Shown: piece after piece, positions 51,110 through 63,011 of the stretch
Position numbering within the stretch: position 1 is the stretch's first letter
Layout: every line of letters begins with the position of its first letter
Assembly: GCF_963921235.1 (NCBI RefSeq)
Contig: NC_086097.1
Coordinates: 210,988,001 to 211,052,000 of the forward strand
DNA: 64,000 nt
Source: Mobula hypostoma
Lineage: Eukaryota
Reading direction: 5' to 3'
The notes under the pieces: model-generated
The model's input: only the letters and a program-made list of their open reading frames with translations
Told to the model about the DNA's origin: nothing
The model's database searches: none
Translations under genes and position numbers: made by a program

Positions 51110-53825
51110 ATTACCTTAAATAGCTGTAATATTTCTGCTGCTGGACTGTCAAGCAATCAGCTGGGTCCATCCGTCTTCAGACGTTTCATCCCCTAACCCA
51201 GAGCATCCTCGGGATGGTGGGACAGCAGAAGATGATCAGTCTTCTACCCCCGATGGTCAGACATCCAGCTGCTGTCGCCCCTTCGCAGCCAAAGCCAATT
51301 GGACGCTCTCTCTGCTGCTTGGCCCATGGTGTTAACGGCTCTCTTCCTGGTTCTCCCTTGTATCCCTAAAGCTGCCATCATCTTCCAGCATGACATGGTG
51401 GGAAATCCTCTTGCCCCCACTTCGACAGGGAAGTTCCACGTCTGCCAGCCCTACCATCTACAGTCCGCCACCAGGTCTTCGCACCTCGCAAGCTTCCTCT
51501 CGTGAGCCTCTTGGAATCAAGTCTCCCATGGTACTGTTAGTTCTATCACCACGAGTTTCTTTGCACTCTCTGACAATAGTAGAACGTCTGGTCGAAGTGT
51601 GGTCTCTACTATTGGTGGGAACACCAGCTTCTTTTCAAGATCGACCTTCATCTCCCAGTCCTTTGCCATGCTTGGGATACCATCTCTACGCTTGTTTGTT
51701 GCTGCAGCATGTTCCCCGGTCCTAATGAAGTTGATGAAGTTTGGTTGGCTGTCCTTTTTGTGGTCCTTTTTCCTCTCTGTCTCCAAAGTGTGGGTGAGTT
51801 CTCTCAAAACCTGGTTGTGTCTCCATCTGTACCGTCCCTGGGAAGGGGCAACATGGCATGAAGAAAGAGTATACTCTAGGTTGGCTGGTTTCTGGCACAG
51901 ATGGCACGTTGAGTTTTCTGTTATTTTTCAGTTCCGCAGGTTTGTTGGAGTTGGTAATACATCATACACAGCCCTCAATAAGAATTGGAGTTGGAAAGAT
52001 GTATATTTCCATATGTCATCCTATGTCAACACTCTCTGTTCTGTTTCCGACTTTGTCCAGGTCCCTGGACTCCCCATCTCCACTGCTCACACATATCTAG
52101 CCTCCTCCTCTTTCTTCCTCATCTCCTGCTGGACCAAGTGCCGTCTGTCCTTAGGGTTGGCCTCCCTCCACCTGATAGTTGATTCACATCCTAGGCCTTG
52201 TCTGCCCTTACACACTGTCCCGACAACATCTCTGTGGCGAAATCGGGACTCTGCTTCTTCTACCACTTCTGCTGCCTTCCATTTGCTCCCTGTCTGCATC
52301 TTGACTCCTGCTTCACTGACCTCGTCGTCCTTGGAGTCTTTGAGGGTCATGATGAGGCGTGCTTTCCCTGCTTTAAATTCCTCTACAACTGAGGAGAGGA
52401 GCAACCAGAGTTTGGCTGACTTGCTGTATAGCCCTGTGGAAGAGAAGCACTGCGGTACTCCTAACCACCTTCTCAGATACCGGTTTATCTTCCTCTCCGT
52501 GCCCTCGATCGTTGACAGGGCGATGTCATACAGCATCATTGGCCACATTAGTCTGGGTAGGAGCCCATGTTGGAAGATCCATGCCTTAAACTTTCCTGGT
52601 AAACCTGATTTGTGGATCTTTACCAGCCTTTGCGATGTTTGTTGCTCCAGGCGTCTGCTGTCGTTGACATCCTTCGGGCTGTCCTCATACCATTTCCCTC
52701 GGCACTTGATGGGCTTTCTTATGACGGATGGGATTTCCTCATCCTGGATCTTCAAAGTGAACTTCTGGGTAAGTTGGCCTTTCTTTATCACCAAACACTT
52801 TGATTTGGCAGGGTTAAATTTCATTTGTGCCCATGTGGCTGTCTCGTCCATTGCCTGGAGTACCAATCTGGCCTGGTTATGTGTTGTGGTTTTAATTGTA
52901 AGGTCATCCATAAATCCTCTGCTTGGCGGCTGTCTGATATTAGAGCTTGTCTCTTTTCCCAGCCTCTATAAGTAGATTCATGGCCATGACGAAGAGGATC
53001 TGATATAGTGCAGCCAGTCACAATACCCTTCTCTACTCGCTGCCATGATGTTACATAGTCCTGCACGCTGAACCTTAGGTGAATCCCCTCGAAGTAGCTT
53101 GCCAGGATCTTGGTGACCTTCTCCAGGATATGGTAGTGTTTCAGTGCTGTCTCGATGAGCTTGTGTGGCACTGTACTATAGGCATCAGCTAAATCCAACC
53201 ACACAACCGTCAGGTTCCCTTTGGTTGCCTTGGCCTCCTTTAACAGCCGGGATATAACACTTGTGTGTTCCACACATCCTGGGAATCCAGGAATCCCTCC
53301 TTTTTGCACTGCCGTATCTATGTATTTGTTTTCTACCATGTATGATGTCATCCTTCTTGCTAGAACAGCGAAGAAGATTTTTCCTTCGACGTTGAGGAGG
53401 GAAATGTTCTGACCTGCTTGATCTCAGTTGAGTTTTCCTCCTTTGGCACAAAGCATCCTTCAGCCACTTACCAGCAAGGTGGTATCTGGCCCTTCCTTCA
53501 GATGACTCTCATCAGCCTCCGCATCCTCTTGAGAAGCTCTGGGCACTTCTTGTAGACTTTATATGTGATCCCATTGGGTCCGGGTGCTGCACCTGCCCCC
53601 TCCTTCTGATGGCTTCTCCGACTTCTTTCAGTGTTGGCTCTTTCTCGTCTAGAGGTTTCTGCGGCTGCTACACTGGCTCAGTCCTGCTGTTTTCCCCCAG
53701 TGGCAGGTCTTGTCTTTCATCTGAGTGTGTTTCCTGCAGGTATGCCTCCACTTCCTCTCTTGGTTTCCCCAGTTTTCCTGATCTTTCCTCGGTAACACAC
53801 TTGCAGAGAAACGATAAGGGTTTCT
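51110..53825 (-). mobile_element. HERO/R2-like non-LTR retrotransposon (RT, CCHC knuckle, restriction-like endonuclease), 5'-truncated and frameshifted
   Basis: VVWLDLADAYSTVPH, GIVTGCTIS, FMDDLTI, CHLC..LEYTLSSC..GRYRWRHNQVL, LRPDVLL..KKLVVIELTVPWE and VEVGARGF. Confidence 0.9.
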
Positions 53826-54039
53826 GATGCTTACCTGTCAGCTCATCACACAGCCCTCTGTGCAAAAAAAGTTGCCTCTCAAGTTCCTATTAAATCTTTC
53901 TCCTCTCACCTTCAACCTATGCCCTCTAGTTCTTGATTTCCCCAATCCCTGGAAAAAAGACTGAGTGCTTTCACCTTATCTATTCCCTCATGATTTTATA
54001 CACCTAAGAAAAGTCCAGCCTGCCCAACCCCTGCCTCAC

Positions 54040-54160
54040 AAACAAGAGAAAATCTGCAGATGCTGGAAATCAAAGCAACACACACAAGATGCTGGAGGAA
54101 TTCAGCAGGCCAGGTAGCATCTATAAAAAAAATGTCGACTCTAGTTTTTCCATAGATGCT
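54040..54160. mobile_element. Penelope-like fold-back insertion
   Basis: Same pLTR end. CCCAACC(C/T)CTGCCT duplicated at 54023-54036 and 54162-54175. Confidence 0.8.
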
Positions 54161-54227
54161 ACCCAACCTCTGCCTGCTAACTTGTATACTCAGTGCCCTA
54201 ACTGATGAATTTGCAATTCAATTGCAG

Positions 54228-54560
54228 ATCATAGAATTACATGTCATACAGAACAGACACAGGCCTACAGTCCAATGTCCATATCAATCATCAAACACAT
54301 ATCTATGACAATCTCATTTACTAACACCTGTTCTATCGATCTTCCATGCATTGGCAATTCAACTGTTTGTCCAGATTCTCTTCAATGCTGTGAGTGTATC
54401 CACCTCCATCATCCACTCATGCAGTATGATTGAGGTCCTCACCATCTTCTAGGTTAAACTTCTTCCTCGGATCCCCTGTAACCCTAAACCCATACCCTCT
54501 CATTTTAGATACCTCTACTATGGGGAAATGTTCCCTGCAATCTACTCTATCTATGCCCCT
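54228..54560 (-). mobile_element. Old CR1 3' fragment
   Basis: Degenerate CR1 C-terminus and UTR. Confidence 0.6.
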
Positions 54561-54599
54561 AAAGAAAGTGGCATCAGTGAAGAGTTCTACCAGAAGCTA

Positions 54600-56530
54600 A
54601 TCAGCAGGAGTGAAGGAGTGAAGTGAATTTGAAATTGCTTTGAATCAGTGGACTGGTCCACGTTCAAGCATTCAGTGAAACCAAATGAGTAGGCCACAGT
54701 CATCACTGACATCATGGGGACATATGAATTAATGTGTACACACCAAAACATTCTGAGTCTTCTCAGACCAGAAGCCCTGGGTGAGTTAGGAGATTCATAT
54801 TCTGCAAGGGCTAGATCTGTTGCATTTCGGGCTGGTGATCTAGTGTCATATAACAAGTCTAGGTACGACACCCAGAAGGCCACTGTGAGCGCAGAGGAGA
54901 AAACTGGAATCACAGATGAATGATCAGCAACTGTGGGAGGCCTTTCACAATATAACTTCCTGAAAGGCAAAATCAAGTAACATACGTGGCACCAATCCAT
55001 CACTCTCAAATGAGCTCAATGCATTTTAGGTGCACTTTGACAGGAAGAACGATGACATACCCACACAGGCCTCCACACTTCTGGATGGCCATATGAAGCT
55101 GCCATCCGAGCATCCGAAAATCCAGGAAAGGTGTCTGGTCCAGATAGCATACCTGGCTGAGTACTGAAGATCTGCGTGGACCAACTTGCTGCAGTATTTA
55201 TTTCTGTGGTCTGAGGTTCTAGCTGCTTCAAAAAGGCATCCATTGCACAGGTGCTGAGGAACAGCGTGGTGACCAACCTCAATGACTATAGTCTGGTAGA
55301 TTGGAAATCAGCTGTATTGAAATGCTTTTAGAGATTGCTTAAAGTGCACAGTGACTCCTGCTGCAGAGATGACCTAGTTCCAGTCTAGTTTGCCTACTGC
55401 CACAACAAGTCAACAGCAGATGCAATTTCTCTGGCTCCTTGCTCTGCTCTGAAACATCTGAACAACAGGAACTCAGATGGCAGCCTGCTATTCATTGACT
55501 GCAGCTCAGCATTCAACATAATCACCCCATACAAATTCATCATCGGCCTTCAGCACCTGGGCCTCTGTACCCTCCTCAACAAATGGATCCTCAATTTCCT
55601 CATTTACAGACCTCAGTCAGTGAGGATTGGTAGTACCATCTCCTCCTCACTAATTATCAACACAGATGCATCTCAAGGCTGTGTGCTTAGCCCCTTACTT
55701 TACTCTCTGTACACACAACTGTGTGGTGAAGTACAGCCCCAATGTTATCTTCAAATTACTGTCCTTGGGTGGATCACAGGTGGTGACGAGTCAGCTTACT
55801 GGAGCAGGGTAGGACACATAGTTGAGTGGTGACAACTCAACATCAGCATAATTAAGAAGCTGGTTGTTGACTTCCAGAAAGGGAAGGAGGTTGAATATAC
55901 ACCAGTCTACAATGTAGTGAGAGAGTCAGCAATTTGACTTTATGGATGTTAACATATCACATGACCTGCCCTGGGCCCTGCACATACAATAGATGCAACC
56001 CTGAAGAAAGTGAACCAGCATCTTTACTTTCTCAGATTAAGGAGGTTGGCTTGTCCCTGAAAACTCCAACCAGCTTGTATAGAGTACTGCTGAAAACATC
56101 CTAATTGCTTGTACCGTGATCTGCTACGGCAATTTGAACGCAGGGAACAGAAGAATCTAGAGAGTAATGAAACTTACCCGATACATCACAGGTGTTTCCC
56201 TCCAAGCCATAGGGGATGCTGCCTCAAAAAAGCAACATACTTCAAAGACCTCTACCATCCAGGCTATGGCATCTTTTCACAGCTACCATCAGGCGGTTCA
56301 AGAGCAACTACTTCAACCATTCAGTTCTTGAGCCAAATGGCACAACCTTAATCACTACACCTTGACAATATTATGATGCTTTTAATCACTGCACAAAAAT
56401 AGGCCTTGGAATTTTTGTTTAAATTGTGTTCTTTCTTGCATAATTTATGTTTGGCTTATGTTTTTCATGTGAATTCTGCTTACAAGATGCTGTTGCAAGT
56501 AAATTTCTCATTGCACCCTGTGTACAGTAC
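54600..56530 (+). mobile_element. Decayed Rex1/Babar LINE
   Basis: ARARSVAFRAGD..YNKSRYD and [15 protein letters not shown]. Confidence 0.8.
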
Positions 56531-57120
56531 ATACATTTCTGCATGTACTTCTGCTAAGTTGGTGGTGCGCGCAGATGCAACAGCCTCTTGAGGGCCAACC
56601 AGAAGTGTTTTTTTTTTAATCCACAAACAATGCTGGACTCTAAGAACTTCGGGTACTGCAGGCCTGCCCCATCAGTGAGCTGCTCATTGCCAGAGGAGCT
56701 GACTTGGTGCAGACAGTGTTGCTGACTGCTATGGGAAGGCATTGGAGTTGGTGCACAAAGGCAGCATGCAGTGCAACCATTGGTGATTGCCTTGGACATT
56801 TCTCTTGCAATCGCAAGACCCTGTTGGACATTGATAATGTAAGCGGCCTGTTTCCCCTGTTTGGTGGCACGGCAGATGGTAGAGGAGATGTGTGGCCTCA
56901 TTTTTAGTGAGGACTAAGCACCAAACCGGAGGCTTACATGCTGCTGCAGTCCAGGAGAGGAGATGCTGGAGATGACGTATCTTGGCATCCATGCTCATTT
57001 ATGGACTGGCCTCTTCTATCAGTGCTGCCCTCCAGTGTCAATCAATGGAATGGCAAGCTAGATTGCATGTGACTCCAGGAACTGCACTATCAATTTGTGG
57101 AACATGTCACTCAGGGATTT

Positions 57121-57122
<2 letters not shown>

Positions 57123-57177
<55 letters not shown>
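57123..57177. repeat. (AC)27 microsatellite
   Basis: Perfect dinucleotide run. Confidence 0.99.
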
Positions 57178-57181
<4 letters not shown>

Positions 57182-57303
57182 GTGTGCTCGCTATTTTGAA
57201 TGTGCTGTGTGTGTTTTGCACGTTGGGCCCAGAGGAATGGTGTTTTGTTTGGCTGTATTCATGTATGGTTGAATGATAATTAAACTTGAATTTGATTCAA
57301 TTT

Positions 57304-57658
57304 AGAAACATAGAAAACCTGCAGCACAATACAGGCCCTTTGGCCTACAATGCTCTGCTGAACATGTACTTACTTTAGAAATTACCTAGGGTTACCCATA
57401 GCCCTCTACTTTTCTAAGCTCCATGTACCTATCCAGAAATCTCTTAAAGGACCCTATTGTATCCACCTCCACCACCATTGCTGACACCCCATTCCACACT
57501 CTCACCATTCTCTACATAAAAAACTTACCCCTGACATCTCCTCTGTACCTGCTTCCAAGCACCTTAAAACTGTGCCCTCTCATGTTAGCCATTTCAGCCC
57601 TGGGAAAAAGCCTCTGACTATCCACACGATCAATGCTTCTAATCATCTTATAAACCTT
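57304..57658 (-). mobile_element. CR1 3' fragment
   Basis: VYKMIRSIDRVDSQRLFP and AGAAACATAGAAA tail. Confidence 0.85.
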
Positions 57659-58139
57659 TGTGTATAAGATGGCTATCTTTGATTGGACAATAATCAAATT
57701 GTCTAATAAACATGGCTTTGACTTTGAATCCACATGTGTCTATCAATACATTAATCACAAGTTGTAAATGTTCACTTCTACTCCTGACTGGACACAGGAT
57801 ACATTATATGTACAGTATTCAGGATCACCGGAGCTGCTGTTGTCCACTGAATAGATTTCAGAACCTTCTGCATACAATGATGCACAGGTTTTTCTGAACC
57901 ACAACTTTCATATTTGGCTAACATGCCATAATTAAAACAGGAAATACAGCAAACGTTTAGCAAGTAAGACAGCATCTCCGGAAATGGAAATGGAATTCAG
58001 TGTTTAGGTGACAGAGACCCTTATGATCTAAAACATCAGTGCTGCTTCTTTCCACAAATGCTGTCTCTTGCATTTTCTATTTTTATTAGATTAGCAGTTT
58101 TCTTTAAATTTTCACTTACAGCTAAGTTTTCCATATGAG

Positions 58140-58467
58140 GGACATTGATCGTTTGGATAGCCAGAGGCTTTTTCCCAGGGCTGACATGGCTAACACAAGG
58201 GGGCATAGTTTTAAGGTGCTTGGAAATAGGTACTGAGGGGATGTCAGGGGTAAGTTTTTCATGGAATGCACAGCCAGCACCGGTGGTGGAAGCGGATACA
58301 ATAGGGTCTTTTAAGAGCCTCTTAGATAGGTACATGGAGCTTAGAAAAATGGAGGGCTATGTGCTAGGAAAATTCTAGGCGGTCTCTAGGGTAGGTTACG
58401 TGGTCATCACAACATTGTGGGCCGAAGGGCCTGTAATGTGCTGTAAATTTCTACATTCTATGTTCTA
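58140..58467 (+). mobile_element. CR1 3' fragment, inverted relative to 57304-57658
   Basis: Reverse-complement similarity to 57304-57640. Confidence 0.85.
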
Positions 58468-58571
58468 TATCAGTTGAACTGCTTTTCTTAAGCAGGGCAT
58501 TTTGTTTTGGCAGTATAGGCGCCAACATAATAATAGTAGTAGGTTTTGATTCTACTTACCTTACTAATGCT

Positions 58572-59268
58572 AGAATCAGAATTTGGTTTAATATCATCGG
58601 CATACATCGTGAAATTTGTTAACTTTGTGGCAGCAGTACAATGCAATACATGATAAATCCATTTAGGAATCGGACGGCAGAGGGAAAGAAACTGTTCTTG
58701 ACTAGCTGAGTGTGTGCCTTCGGGCTTCTGTATCTCCTACCTGCTGGTACCAATGAGAGGAGGGCATGTCTTGGTGGTGGGGGTCCTTAATGATGGATGC
58801 CACCTTTCTGAGCTACTGCTCCTTGAAGATGTCTTGGATACTACAGAGGCTAGTACCCAAGATGGAGCAGACTGAGCTTACAATTTCTGTAGCTTCTTTC
58901 AATCCTGTGCAGCAGCACCCCCCCCCCACCCCACCCATACCAGACGGTGATGCAGCCTGTCAAAATGCTCTCCACAATACATCTGTAGAAGTTTTTGAGT
59001 GTCTTAGGTGACAAACCAAATCTCCTCAAACTGCTAAAATATAGCCATTATCTTGCCTTCTTTATAGCGGCGTTGATATGTTGGGACCAGCTTAGATCCT
59101 CAGACATCATGACACCCAGGTACTTGAAATTGGTTACTCTCTCCATTTCTGATCCCTTCATGAGGATTGGCTCATGTTCCCTCATCCTATCTTTTCTGAC
59201 GTCCACAATCAACTCTTTGGTCTTACTGACGCTGAGTGGAAGGTTGTTGCTGTGACACCACTCAACTT
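58572..59268 (-). mobile_element. Rex1-like LINE 3' fragment
   Basis: EWCHSNNL.LSVSKTKELIVD and (GAATCA) tail. Confidence 0.85.
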
Positions 59269-59854
59269 CACTTGTATTTTTAATCACAACTGTACTGTGT
59301 GATGTTTCTATCACTACTGTTCTGGTCTCTGAATGTGGCAATGAATTTGCTAATTCAAGCAGATCATACAGATAGAAATCCTCTTCAGATGGGTTCCACT
59401 GAATTTGCTTTCATGTGCAGATTTCAGGGAAATACTGTCAACTCTTACTCCAAGATCAGAAAATTCACATTGTGCAACCAGTCATCTCAGACACACAAAA
59501 TATTGATCAATTGTTTCATTTAGTTCTTGTTTTGTGTTAGCAAAACAGCTCTTATCATATGTCTCATTTTACTGAGTAAAGTATGCACTGTGCACTTTCT
59601 GCTTACATGTACTGTAAATTATAATTTACTATCTATCCTGCAACTTTTCACCACCAAACTGCTCTATTTCTTATGTCATCAAGTTCTCCAAACCCCAGCA
59701 ATGCAAACCTGTAGAGCATCTTTATTTTCAGGATAATAGAACCATGGTTGGCTCAGAAAACATGTCAAATGGCCTAATGTGAAGCTTCGCCTTCCAATCT
59801 GAACAAGTGAATGTAGTTCATATTTATCTAAATATATATTTCCAATAATGAATA

Positions 59855-60015
59855 TAGAACATAGAAATTTACAGTACATCATAGGCCCTTCAGCCCACAA
59901 TGTTGTGCCAACCATGTAATCTACTCTAGAAACTGCCTAGAATTTCCCTAGCCCATAGCCCTCTATTTTTCTAAGCTCCATATACCTATCCAAGAGACTC
60001 TTAAAAGACCCTATT
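59855..60015 (-). mobile_element. CR1 extreme 3' end
   Basis: Same family as 20332-20667. Confidence 0.8.
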
Positions 60016-60409
60016 GATCCCATAATATCTTGCAGAAATTCAATTAGATTAAATGAGAACTTGCCTTCATACTGATGGTTGAATAATCACTTACAGTTCC
60101 AGACAGATCTATAGAAAATCCTACCTACTAGATAGCGATTCGTTAGCAAAAGTTTATTTTTAGTGGTACTCACATAATACATTCAAAATAACAGCAACTG
60201 CTCTTCCTAAAGCTTCCTTCGCAAGGCACAATTCAGCTGCTGTATTTGTGATTAACTACTCAAACTCAAAGCTGAGCATGATACAAACAATGTCTAATTA
60301 CAGGCACACCCAAGGCATTGGCGAAGCTCAGTATTAAATACCATCTTAAAAAAAAACTACAAAGCAGGTTCCGATGCTTCCTGCTGACTGTGTGGGAATT
60401 TTGGTTAGA

Positions 60410-61080
60410 TATCCTTGAAAGATTGGTCACACATGACCTACCACACAAAAAGCCACATTTACTATCCTAATCAGGCTCTGACTATCCAAATACTTCTAAA
60501 TCCTGTCCCTTAGAATATCTTCCAATAATTTACTCATAATTGACATAATTTCCCAGCTTATTTTTTAGAGCCTTTCTTGAACAACACAACATGAGCTCTG
60601 CTCTAGTCTTCCCACACCTTACCCAATGGCTAAGAATATTTTAAACATCTCTGCTTGATCCCTGCAATTTCTGCACTAGCTGCCCACAGGGTCTGAGGGG
60701 ACTGCTTGTCAGGGCCAGGAGAATTATCCAACCAAATCTGCCTCAAGAAAGCAATGTGCAATCCATATATGATTCATGATCCTACCACTCAGTTATATAG
60801 CCTCTGCGTCTGTCTCCCGAGTAAATACAGATGCATATGATTTATTTTATTAAGATCTCCCCATCTCTTCCAGTTCCACACACAAATGACCACACTCATC
60901 ATCAAGAGGACCTAATTTTTTCCTTGTTATCCTTTTGCTCTTAATATACCCATAGAAACCTTAGGGATTCTTCTTCACATTGTCTGCCCGAGCAACTTTA
61001 TGTCCTCTTGTAACCCTCCTGATTTTTCCCTTAAACGTTCACCTGTGTTTCTTATACTCAAGCGCTTCATTTCATCCTTG
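60410..61080 (-). mobile_element. Decayed CR1 ORF2 internal fragment
   Basis: CGRSCVTNL and neighbouring CR1-like sequence. Confidence 0.65.
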
Positions 61081-61099
61081 AAGCCTTGGCTTCAGTTAA

Positions 61100-61350
61100 T
61101 CCATCATCAAGGACCCCCACCATCCAGGCTACCCTCTCTTCTCACTGCTACCATCAGGAAGGTGGTACAGGAGCCTCAGGACTCATACCACCAGGTTTAG
61201 AAACAGTTATTACCCCTCAACCATCAGGCTCTTGAACCAGAGGGGATAACTTCATTGAACTTCACTCACCATCACTGTGAAATGTTCCCACAACCATGGT
61301 CTCACTTTCAAGAACTCTTTGTCTTTTGTTCTGTATATTTATATTTATTG
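61100..61350 (+). mobile_element. Rex1-like 3' fragment
   Basis: SIIKDPHHPGYPLFSLLPSGR and FRNSYYPSTIRLLN. Confidence 0.8.
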
Positions 61351-61359
61351 CTTTATTGC

Positions 61360-61511
61360 CTCCTCTGCCCCTTCTCTCTTCAGTCCTGATGAAGGGTTCC
61401 GGCCTGAAATGTTGACTGATCATTTCCATGGATGCTGCCCGACCTGCTGAGTTCCTCCAGCGTGTTGTGAGTGTCGCTTTGACCCCAGCATCTGCAGAGT
61501 ATTTTGTGTTA
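61360..61511 (+). mobile_element. Penelope-like 3' pLTR fragment of a diverged subfamily
   Basis: GATGCTGCCCGACCTGCTGAGTTCCTCCAGC...CAGCATCTGCAGA end shared with the other copies. Confidence 0.8.
61381..61418 (+). ncRNA. Minimal hammerhead ribozyme motif with CpG-decayed stem III
   Basis: CAGTC|CTGATGA|AGGGTTCCGGCCT|GAAAT|GTT^GACTG. 5-bp stem I. Confidence 0.7.
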
Positions 61512-61840
61512 ATAAAAGGACAATGTCTTGAAGAGAATGATGTAGTTTTGATGTAGCCATATAACCCAAAATGTTGACAATTCTGTCCCCCCACCCCAAG
61601 AATTCCTCCAGTTTATTTTTTTTTTATCTTGGAAACGATGGCATAAAAGGTGTCACCATCAGAACAAAATTATTTGAATGAACGTGTGAGAGCAGATGTT
61701 ATCAAGCTGTGGGCTTGTAATGGATCTTGGTAACTTATCTGTCTCCTGAGTAGGGAGCAATAAGAAATAGATAGAGTAAAAGTAGTGTGAAGATTGGCAG
61801 AAAGGATGAACACAATTTCAAATTCCATATGGGAGCAGAA

Positions 61841-63010
61841 AGAATCAGAATCAGGTTTAATATCATTGGCATATGTCATGAAATTTAACTTAAAGGAGCA
61901 GTACAATGAAATCCGTAAGTAAATTATGGAGAAAGAAAATTGAATTACAGTAAGTATATGTACAGTGTCTATAAATGGTCATTAAAATAATAGTGCAAAA
62001 ATAAGTAGAAATGGAAAGTAGAGAGGTAGTGTTCATGGGTTCAATGTCCATTTAGAAATTGGCTGGCAGAGGGAAGAAGCTGTTCCTGAATTGCTGAGTG
62101 TGTGCCTTCAGGCTTCTGACATCCTTCCTGACAGGAACAATGAGAAGAGGGCGTGACCTGGGTGGCGGGGATCTTTAATGCTGGATGCCGTCTTCCTAAG
62201 GCATCACTCCTGGAAGATGTCTTGGATACTACGGAGGTTAGTATCCATGATGGAGCTGTCCACAGTACATTTGTAGAGGATTGAGTGTTTTAGTTGACAA
62301 ACCAAATCTCCTCAAACTCCTAAACATAGCAGCTGTATTGCCTTCTTTACAGCTGCGTCAATATGTTGCATCCATGTTAGATCTCACAGATCTTGACAAT
62401 CAGGACTTGAAACTGCTCACCCTCTCTACTTTTGACCCCTCCATGAGGATTGGTTTGTGTTCCCTCAGCTTACCTTTCCGAAGTCCTCCAGTCAGTTCTT
62501 TGGTCTTGCTGACGCTGAGTACAAGGTTGTTGCTGTGACACCACTTAACTACCTGGTATATCTCACTCCTGTACGCCTTTTCATCACCAATTGAAATTCT
62601 TCCAACAATGGTTGCATCATCAGCAAATTTACAGATGGCATTTGAGCTATGCCTAGCCCCACAGTCATGGGTGTAGAGAGAGTAGAGCAGTGGGTTAAGC
62701 ACACATCTTGTGGTATGCCAGTATGGTCAACGAGGTAGCGATGCTATTTCCAATCCGCACAGATTCTGGTCTTCCGGTTAGGAAGCTGGAGATCCGGTTG
62801 CAGAGGGAGGTTCAGAGGCCTCGGTTCTTTATCTTTTCAATCAGGACTGTAGGAACGGTGGTGTTAAATGCCGAGCTATAGTCAATAAACAGCATCCTGA
62901 CATGGGTATTTGCAATGTCGAGAAGATCTAAGGCAGCATGGAGAACCCTTGAGATCATGTCTGCTGTAGACCTGTTGTGGCGATAGGCAAATTGTAGTGG
63001 GTCCAGGTCT
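61841..63010 (-). mobile_element. Rex1/Babar LINE 3' half
   Basis: [21 protein letters not shown] and KFADDAT. (GAATCA)n tail. Confidence 0.9.
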
Positions 63011-63011
63011 T

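Noticed and set aside
51150..51190. Minus-strand GAAACGTC...CTGATTG in the HERO 3' UTR resembling a permuted hammerhead
   Set aside because: The CTGATGA box is broken and no consistent stem I or II could be drawn.
51599..52975. 458-aa plus-strand ORF, the longest in the window
   Set aside because: Antisense shadow of the HERO RT/endonuclease frame. No recognisable motifs.
57940..58060. Possible very old PLE hairpin (another near 27640-27820)
   Set aside because: Too degenerate to define arms, TSD or ribozyme core.
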